DNA of 64,000 nucleotides from an uncultured bacterium (GTDB lineage Bacteria; Krumholzibacteriota; Krumholzibacteriia; LZORAL124-64-63): NCBI GenBank assembly GCA_937864225.1, contig CALMJK010000016.1, positions 34,030 to 98,029 of the forward strand, read 5' to 3'. Shown piece by piece: positions 57,769 to 64,000 of this stretch (position 1 is its first letter; each line of letters starts with the position of its first letter). The notes under the pieces were generated by a model. It saw only the letters and a program-made list of their open reading frames with translations, ran no database searches and was not told where the DNA came from. The position numbers and the translations under genes were made by a program.

Positions 57769-59210
57769 TTCCGCTGCGGCGCCGGGTCTGGTGCCTGACG
57801 CTCGGCTGCGACAAGAATCTGGTAGACTCCGAAAACCTGCTTGGGCGCCTGGTCGCGGCGGGCGCCGTCCCCACCGCCCGCGCGCAGGACGCGGACATCT
57901 GGATCCTGAACACTTGCAGTTTCATCGAGCCGGCGCGGATCGACAGCTGGGCGGCACTGCGCGAGCTGGCGGAAGGCAAGGGCGCCGAGCGGGTGCTGGC
58001 GGTGGTGGGGTGTCTGGGGCAGGACCAGCCGGCGCGCATCGCGCGGGAGTTTCCGGCGGTCGACGTGGTGGCCGGCGTCGGCAACCACGCGCTCGTCGCG
58101 GCGGCGATCCTGGCCGGAGGGTCGGCGGCGCCGCTGGTGAGCAGCCCGGGGGAAGCCGTCTACGACGGCTATCCCGGCCGCCATCCGCTCACGCCGGCGC
58201 ACGTCGCGTTCGTTAAGATAGCCGAGGGCTGCAGTTGCGCGTGTGCCTTCTGCCGCATCCCCGCGATCCGCGGGCCGCAGCGGAGCCGACGGGCCGACGA
58301 CCTTGTCGCCGAGGTCGAGGGCTTGGTCGAGCGCGGCGTGCGCGAGGTGCAACTGGTCAGCCAGAATTCGAGCGCCTGGGGTCGCGACATCGGCGACAGC
58401 CTGCCGTCGTTGATCGCGCGCTTGGATCGAATCGAGGGACTGCGCTGGATACGGCTGCTCTACCTGTTCCCGGGCCAACTGACGCTGGCCGAGGCGCAGC
58501 GCATCCTGGACTGCCCGCGCGTCGTGCCGTACCTCGACCTGCCGATCCAGCACGCCTCGCCTCGGCTGTTGCGGACGATGCGTCGGCCGACCGACACGGA
58601 GGCCATGGCCCGCTTTTGCCTGGCGCTGCGCGAGCAGCGGCCGGACCTGGTGCTGCGCACGACGGTTCTGCTCGGTTTTCCGGGGGAGGAGGAAGAGGAC
58701 GTGGAGGCGCTCGCGGATTATCTGGCGCGGGTGGAATTTGACCACGCCGGCGCGTACCGCTATTCTCCGGAGGCGGGCACGGCGGCCGCCGCGCTGGCGC
58801 ACCGGCCCCCGGCCGAGGAGGTCGCCGATCGCGAGGCGCGCATCATGGACCTGCAGGCCGAGATCTCCCTGGCGCGACAGCGCCGGCGCCTGGGCCGGGC
58901 GTTTCCCGCGGTGATCGACGCGGTGGTCCCGGCCGCGGAAGCGGCCGAGACGGTCGCGTCACTGCGCGAGGCGGCGTGGGCGCCGAGCTGGAACCGGGCG
59001 GCCGTCGCGCGTGTTTTGCCGTCGCGCTCGCGGATCGCCATCGCGCGCACGCAGCACTATGGCTACGACCTGGACGGCGTGATCCTGCTCGCCGGCGAGA
59101 GACGCCAGGCGGGCGAATGGGTGCAGGCGCGGCTCATCGGCGTGACTGCCTTCGACGGGCTGGCGGTCTGCGAGGACGAGGCGCATTTTCGGGAAGGCGG
59201 CATGGCATGA
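57765..59210 (+). CDS. rimO: Ribosomal protein S12 methylthiotransferase RimO (radical SAM MTTase)
   Basis: The MTTase N-terminal domain and the radical-SAM CSCACAFC cluster motif are followed by a C-terminal TRAM-like region. ATG 57765 overlaps the ftsK stop (ATGA). Confidence 0.85.
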   Translation: MIPLRRRVWCLTLGCDKNLVDSENLLGRLVAAGAVPTARAQDADIWILNTCSFIEPARIDSWAALRELAEGKGAERVLAVVGCLGQDQPARIAREFPAVDVVAGVGNHALVAAAILAGGSAAPLVSSPGEAVYDGYPGRHPLTPAHVAFVKIAEGCSCACAFCRIPAIRGPQRSRRADDLVAEVEGLVERGVREVQLVSQNSSAWGRDIGDSLPSLIARLDRIEGLRWIRLLYLFPGQLTLAEAQRILDCPRVVPYLDLPIQHASPRLLRTMRRPTDTEAMARFCLALREQRPDLVLRTTVLLGFPGEEEEDVEALADYLARVEFDHAGAYRYSPEAGTAAAALAHRPPAEEVADREARIMDLQAEISLARQRRRLGRAFPAVIDAVVPAAEAAETVASLREAAWAPSWNRAAVARVLPSRSRIAIARTQHYGYDLDGVILLAGERRQAGEWVQARLIGVTAFDGLAVCEDEAHFREGGMA

Positions 59211-60040
59211 GGCTGGCCTCGAGAGCGGCGGGTGGTCTGTGGCTCGCCATGGCCCTGTTGACGGCGGGCGCAGCCTGGCCGGCGCGGGGACAGGATCCGG
59301 ACGAGGAAGAGGCGCAGGCCGCGGCGGACAGCGCGATCTGGGCGGAGGAAGAGGGCGAGGAAGAGGCGCAACCGGCCGGGCCCCAGCGCACTTCCGCCGA
59401 CGAGATCCTGATAGGGCCCTGGCCGCGACTCGTATCTGGCGCGCAGGACACGGTGCGCACGAACCTGTGGCTGGCGCGAGCGCTGCTGGCCGATGCCGTG
59501 CGAGAGGTGGCGCGCGCCTTGCCGCCGGCGCCGCGCGCGGTCGTCATCAAGCCGATGGAGAAATCGGAGGCCAACGACCTGCTGATCGCGGCGGCGCAGG
59601 CCGTGCTCTCCGAGGCGGGCCACGAGCTCTATCTCGACGAAACGCAGCTGGCCGGCGCCAAACAGCAGGCCGCGCCGCCCCAGGCGCCGCCCGACGCCCT
59701 GGAGCTGCGTTTGCGCGTGGAGGAGATCGGGCTGAAGTATCCGCGCGCCGGGCGGCGCCTGGGCCTGTGGCGGCAGTGGGTGGATCGTCGCCTGCGGGCG
59801 ACGGTGCTCGTCTCGCTGCTGGAGACATCCACCGGGCGGCTGCTCATGGACGAGCGCGTCGTGAGGACTTTCGAGGATCGTGTCGCCGCGGAGGGTTTCG
59901 ACGACGTCCGTTCCACCTCCTACGCGTTCACGGACGCGCAGATCCCGGAAAGCGGCTGGCGCCACCGCGCCGAGCAGACGGTGGTCCTGGGCTCGCTGAT
60001 CGGACTGATCGCGATTTACTTCGCCAACACGGGTCGCTGA
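59207..60040 (+). CDS. Hypothetical secreted protein with acidic EEEAQ repeats
   Basis: ATG 59207 overlaps the rimO stop (ATGA). A signal peptide is present. Confidence 0.4.
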   Translation: MRLASRAAGGLWLAMALLTAGAAWPARGQDPDEEEAQAAADSAIWAEEEGEEEAQPAGPQRTSADEILIGPWPRLVSGAQDTVRTNLWLARALLADAVREVARALPPAPRAVVIKPMEKSEANDLLIAAAQAVLSEAGHELYLDETQLAGAKQQAAPPQAPPDALELRLRVEEIGLKYPRAGRRLGLWRQWVDRRLRATVLVSLLETSTGRLLMDERVVRTFEDRVAAEGFDDVRSTSYAFTDAQIPESGWRHRAEQTVVLGSLIGLIAIYFANTGR

Positions 60041-60052
60041 GCGGCGCGCTGC

Positions 60053-60841
60053 TTGGAGGTTGCCTTGAGACGTCACGATCGATGCCTTGACCGCGTGGCG
60101 CGCCGCGCCGCGCGCGTTTGGCCGGCCGTTTGGGCGCTGTGCCTCGGAGCGTGCGCGACGGTCAACCGTTTGCCGGCGGCCAGCTATGAGCGGGGCGTTG
60201 CCTACCACCAGCGGGGACAACACCGCGAGGCGGTCGATACGTTCGAGCAGTTCCTGAGGCGCAGCCCGACGGATTCGTCGGCGGCTTCGGCGATCAAGCT
60301 CAAGGCGCTTTCGTTGATGGCGCTCAAGGAATATCCGGTGGCCGCGGTGGAGTTGCAGATCCTGCGCCATGATTTCGCGGGCAGCGAGGAGGCGCGCGAG
60401 GCTTGGTACTTGGAAGGGTTGGCGCACTGGAAGCAGGTCGGGCGTGTCGAGCGCGACGTCACGGAGGCGCGCGAGGCGCGCACGTGCTTCCGTCGTGCCC
60501 TGGCTGAGAACCCGGATTCGCGCGTCGCCGCGGATGCGCGGCGGTATCTGATGGAGATCAGCGACCTGATGCTGCGCAAGAAGCTGGGGGAGGCCGAGGT
60601 CTACGCCAAGCTCGAACAGCCCGCGGCGGCCGTGTTGATCCTGGGCGCTGCGCTGGAGGAGGAGCAGGAGGGCAGCCTGCGACCGCGCGCGTTGATGCGG
60701 CGCGCGCAGTTGGCGCTCGAGGCGGGCGACGCGGCGACGGCCGCGGCCTGCTGGCGGGAGGTCGTGGAGCGGCATGCCGAAACGCCGGACGCCCAGGTCG
60801 CTCGCCGACAATTGGCGGGCGAAGCCGGCATCGCCCCATGA
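60053..60841 (+). CDS. TPR-like outer-membrane lipoprotein, BamD (YfiO)-like (putative)
   Basis: The N-terminus carries an LGAC lipobox. TPR-like helices with YHQRGQHREAVDTFEQFLRR are typical of BamD/YfiO family openings. Confidence 0.45.
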   Translation: MEVALRRHDRCLDRVARRAARVWPAVWALCLGACATVNRLPAASYERGVAYHQRGQHREAVDTFEQFLRRSPTDSSAASAIKLKALSLMALKEYPVAAVELQILRHDFAGSEEAREAWYLEGLAHWKQVGRVERDVTEAREARTCFRRALAENPDSRVAADARRYLMEISDLMLRKKLGEAEVYAKLEQPAAAVLILGAALEEEQEGSLRPRALMRRAQLALEAGDAATAAACWREVVERHAETPDAQVARRQLAGEAGIAP

Positions 60842-61464
60842 TGCGGGCCTTCTTTGGCGGATCGTTCGACCCCTTCCACGCCGGCCACCTGGCCATCATT
60901 CAGACGATCCTCGACCGCGGTTTGGCGGATGAAGTCCTGGTCGTGCCGGCCGGGCATAACCCGCAGAAGCCTGACCCGCCCGCGCCCGGTCCGCACCGGC
61001 TGCGCATGGCCGAACTGGGAGTCGCGGGCCTGGCGGGGGTCAGGGTGCTGGACAGCGAGGCCGAGCGATCCGGACCGACGTACACGGTCGACACGCTGGC
61101 GGCCTTGGCGGCCCAGACGCCCGGCGATCGCTGGCGCCTCGTGCTGGGCGGGGACAACCTCGCGGATTTCGGCAGTTGGCGGGACCCGGACCGGCTGCTG
61201 GCGCTGGCGCAGTTGCTGGTTTTCCCGCGCGGCGCGGCGCCGTTGACGGTTCCGCCCGGACTGGCGGGGCGCGCGTTGATCGTGGAAGGCTTCTTTTCGC
61301 CGGTGTCGGCCACGGCCGTACGCGCGACCGTCGCGGCCGGCGGTCGGCCCGGGAAACTGGTTCCCCAGGCCGTCCTGGACTATATCGTGGCGCACGGCCT
61401 CTACCGCCGGGGCGGGGGAGGCCGCGCGTCGGCGCCCGGGCGGGAGGCGCTCCCGTGTCCTTGA
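60838..61464 (+). CDS. nadD: Nicotinate-nucleotide adenylyltransferase
   Basis: The FGGSFDPFHAGH (H/T)xGH motif and a C-terminal SATAVR region identify the enzyme. Confidence 0.85.
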   Translation: MMRAFFGGSFDPFHAGHLAIIQTILDRGLADEVLVVPAGHNPQKPDPPAPGPHRLRMAELGVAGLAGVRVLDSEAERSGPTYTVDTLAALAAQTPGDRWRLVLGGDNLADFGSWRDPDRLLALAQLLVFPRGAAPLTVPPGLAGRALIVEGFFSPVSATAVRATVAAGGRPGKLVPQAVLDYIVAHGLYRRGGGGRASAPGREALPCP

Positions 61465-64000
61465 TCCTGGTCGACGGCGGCGCCCTGATCTACCGCGCCT
61501 ACTACGCTTTCGCGCACCGTCCCCTCACGGCGCCGGATGGCGAGCAAACGTCCGTCGCCTTCGGCTTCGTCAACAGCGTCCTGCGCCTGATCGACGCCAG
61601 GCGCCCCACCCATCTGGCCGTCGTCTTCGATCGGCGCGAGCCGACCTTCCGGCATCGGCGGTACGAGGCCTACAAGGCCACCCGCAAGCCGATGCCTGAG
61701 GAGTTGGCGGCGCAGCTGCCGCGCCTGCGCGAGTTGCTGCAGGCTTGGGGCGTGGGCGTGTGCGAACTGGCGGGATGGGAAGCCGATGACGTGATCGCCA
61801 CGCTCGCGCGCCGTTCGGCCGGCGTGTGCGAGCGGGCTCTGCTCTACAGCGGCGACAAGGATTTCCTGCAGATCCTCGACGCGCGCACGAGTCTTCTGAA
61901 ACCGGGGCGCCGTGGCGACGACGTCACGGAAGTCACGGCGGACGCGGTGCGACGGGAGTTCGGCCTGGAGCCGGCGCGGCTGGTGGACGTCTTCGCGCTG
62001 TGGGGCGACGCCAGCGACAACATTCCCGGGGCGCCGGGCATCGGCGCGAAGACCGCGCGGCAATTGATCCGGAGCTTCGGCAGTCTCGAGGCGCTGTACG
62101 CCCGGCTGGACGAGCCCGAGTTGACGCCGCGGCTGCGCCGCATTCTGGAAGAGAATCGCGAGCAGGTGTGGCTTTCCCGCGAGCTCTTCCGCATCGACGT
62201 CGAGGCGCCGGTGCAAGTCGATTGGGAGGCGCTGCGCAGCTGCCTGCCGGACGGGGCGGCGGCGCGGGAGCTGATGGCGAAGCTCGGCTTGCGGCAATTG
62301 CTGGCCCTGACGGATCGCTTGGCGCGGGCCGGCATGGCGACGGCCGCGCGGCGGACGCCGGAAAGGCCGCGTCCGGCCGCGTCGCCCGATGAGGCCGCCG
62401 AGCCGAGGCCCCCCGTGGCGGCGGCCGGGCGCGAAGGCGAGCGCGAAGCGCAGTTATCGTTTGTTATAGTCACTAATGACAGTGACTTGCGAGCATATAT
62501 TCATTCTCTACCTGAAGGCGCCGCGGTGGCCGTGGCCACGGAGGACGACGGCGAGCGGCCGGACCGCGCCCGCCTGCTGGGATTGGCTCTGTGCGCCGTG
62601 GGAGGGCGCCCGGCCTACATCCCGGTGCTGGAGTCGGGCAACCCCCGGGCGCAGGCGCCCCCACAGACAGCGGGGCCGGGCACGCTCTTCGGTCCGGACG
62701 CGCCGCCGACCCCGGCGCGATGTCACCTCGCCTGGATCCAGCCTTGGCTGGCGCCCATGTTGCGAGACGCGTCGCGCGCGAAGCTGGGTCACGACCTCAA
62801 GCGCGACGCCTGGCTGTTGGCGCGGCACGGTTTGCCGCTGGATGGGCCGTTCTTCGACGTCATGGTGGCGGCGTACCTTCTGGATCCCGACCGCGCGCGG
62901 CGGGACCTGGTGGAACTGGCGCGAGACTACCTCGCGCCGCCGCGACCGCCGGCGGCGGCGGATGCCTCCAGCGGCGACAGGCGCGGCGACGCCCTGGCGG
63001 AGCCGTTGTCGCGGCGAGCGGGACAGACGGCCGCGGCCGCGGCCACGATCGCGCGACTCGCCGGCGAATTGGCAGGCGCGGTGGACGAGGCGGGGCTGTC
63101 GACACTGCTGCACGAAGTGGAATTGCCCCTCCTGAACGTGCTGTGGCGCATGGAGAGGCGCGGCATCCGACTCGACACCGCCTTCCTGGCGGGGTTGAAG
63201 GCGCAGTTCGCGCGCGAGATGGGCGAACTCGCGCAGCGGATCGAGGTCGCCGCGGGGGAGCCGTTCAACGTGCAGAGCCCGCAGCAGCTCTCCCGGATCC
63301 TTTTCGAGCGACTCGGGCTGAAGCCGCCGAAGAAGACGGCGACGGGTTTGAGCACGGACAGCGGCGTGCTGGGCGCCCTGGCCTCGCAGCACGCGCTGCC
63401 GGGGCTCGTGCTGGAGCATCGGCAGCTGGCCAAGCTGCAAAGCGCGTACGCCGAGGCGTTGCCGGAGCTGGTCAACCAGGAGACGCAGCTCATCCACACG
63501 TCCTTCAATCAGACGATCGCCGCGACGGGCCGGCTCTCCTCCTCGGACCCGAACCTGCAGAACATTCCGATCCGCACGGAGGCGGGGCGACTGATTCGCC
63601 GCGCCTTCGTGCCGCGCGAGGCGGGCCGGGTCTTCATCGCGGCGGACTATTCGCAGATCGAGCTGCGGCTGCTGGCGCATCTGTCGGGCGACGCGGCGCT
63701 GACGAAGGCCTTCCGCGAGGGGGGGGACGTCCACCGGCGGACGGCGGCCCTCATCGCCGGTGTGGCCGAGGAGCAGGTCACGTCGGACATGCGGCGGCGC
63801 GCGAAGGCGATCAACTTCGGCGTGATCTACGGCATGGGCGCGCGCGCCCTGGCTCGTCAGACCGGCGTCTCCGTGCGCGAGGCCACGGCCTTCATCGAGA
63901 ACTACTTCGCGACCTATCCCGGCGTGAAGGCCTGGTTGGAGGAGACGCGCGCGCGGGCGCGTCGCGAGGGCAAGGTCGAGACCATGCTGGGGCGGCGGCG
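61455..64000 (+). CDS. polA: DNA polymerase I (5'-3' exonuclease + 3'-5' exo-like + polymerase domains), 3'-truncated at window edge
   Basis: A manual translation gives a continuous frame from GTG 61455 to base 64000. The 5'-nuclease motifs are present (LILVDGGALIYRAYYAF…GWEADDVIATLA…GDKDFLQI…). Polymerase motif A DYSQIELRLLAHLS and motif B-region RRRAKAINFGVIYGMG are also present. The frame is absent from the ORF track because no stop occurs in the window. Confidence 0.9.
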   Translation, partial: MSLILVDGGALIYRAYYAFAHRPLTAPDGEQTSVAFGFVNSVLRLIDARRPTHLAVVFDRREPTFRHRRYEAYKATRKPMPEELAAQLPRLRELLQAWGVGVCELAGWEADDVIATLARRSAGVCERALLYSGDKDFLQILDARTSLLKPGRRGDDVTEVTADAVRREFGLEPARLVDVFALWGDASDNIPGAPGIGAKTARQLIRSFGSLEALYARLDEPELTPRLRRILEENREQVWLSRELFRIDVEAPVQVDWEALRSCLPDGAAARELMAKLGLRQLLALTDRLARAGMATAARRTPERPRPAASPDEAAEPRPPVAAAGREGEREAQLSFVIVTNDSDLRAYIHSLPEGAAVAVATEDDGERPDRARLLGLALCAVGGRPAYIPVLESGNPRAQAPPQTAGPGTLFGPDAPPTPARCHLAWIQPWLAPMLRDASRAKLGHDLKRDAWLLARHGLPLDGPFFDVMVAAYLLDPDRARRDLVELARDYLAPPRPPAAADASSGDRRGDALAEPLSRRAGQTAAAAATIARLAGELAGAVDEAGLSTLLHEVELPLLNVLWRMERRGIRLDTAFLAGLKAQFAREMGELAQRIEVAAGEPFNVQSPQQLSRILFERLGLKPPKKTATGLSTDSGVLGALASQHALPGLVLEHRQLAKLQSAYAEALPELVNQETQLIHTSFNQTIAATGRLSSSDPNLQNIPIRTEAGRLIRRAFVPREAGRVFIAADYSQIELRLLAHLSGDAALTKAFREGGDVHRRTAALIAGVAEEQVTSDMRRRAKAINFGVIYGMGARALARQTGVSVREATAFIENYFATYPGVKAWLEETRARARREGKVETMLGRR

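Noticed and set aside
62476-63135. 219-aa ORF starting in the AT-rich polA island (MTVTCEHIFILYL…)
   Set aside because: It is in an alternative frame inside the continuous, well-conserved polA reading frame. It is an artifact created by the ATG-rich low-GC patch.

Overview
This is a high-GC (about 70%) bacterial chromosomal segment, with nearly all genes on the + strand. Many adjacent genes share 4-nt GTGA/ATGA start/stop overlaps, which indicates translational coupling and makes operon boundaries legible. Recognisable content, 5' to 3': a suhB-like inositol monophosphatase (5' partial); a DUF62 SAM hydroxide adenosyltransferase; a PhoH2 (PIN-PhoH) gene on the minus strand; glnA; a DUF212 gene; and a ParA/MinD ATPase fused to a CBM48 glycogen-binding domain with two coupled unknown ORFs. 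A long envelope-polysaccharide locus follows: WaaL-like ligase, a GT4 family-1 glycosyltransferase, a WecA-like GT4 transferase, a methyltransferase and a secreted protein. The next block holds a roughly 1600-aa C25 (gingipain-like) peptidase with FG-GAP repeats and a T9SS C-terminal sorting domain, an orphan family-5 solute-binding protein and a metzincin-like lipoprotein. Smaller genes come next: a HARE-HTH/histone-H1-like protein, HIT (minus strand), a PfkB kinase, lexA plus an ImuB-like degenerate Y-family polymerase, DUF72 (minus strand), and hsp20-lon. Then come four tandem GT9 heptosyltransferase-family genes with gmhB, DUF3108, a deoxyhypusine-synthase-like gene, a GT-C (ArnT/PMT-like) transferase, a sugar phosphotransferase, acpS, phzF and an acyl-CoA dehydrogenase. 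A tightly coupled operon of unknown function is built around a GlmL/EutA-like ASKHA ATPase with four integral membrane proteins. The window ends with a TPR protein, aroQ, efp, accB, a lower-GC pilT inserted between accB and accC, accC, ftsK, rimO, a BamD-like lipoprotein, nadD and polA (3' partial). No rRNA, tRNA, CRISPR array or obvious transposase was seen. The gene content (BamD-like lipoprotein, LPS-core GT9 genes, T9SS C-terminal domain) suggests a Gram-negative, high-GC member of the FCB/Gemmatimonadota-like group; this is inference only. The six-frame track contains many long antisense ORFs that are compositional artifacts of the high GC.
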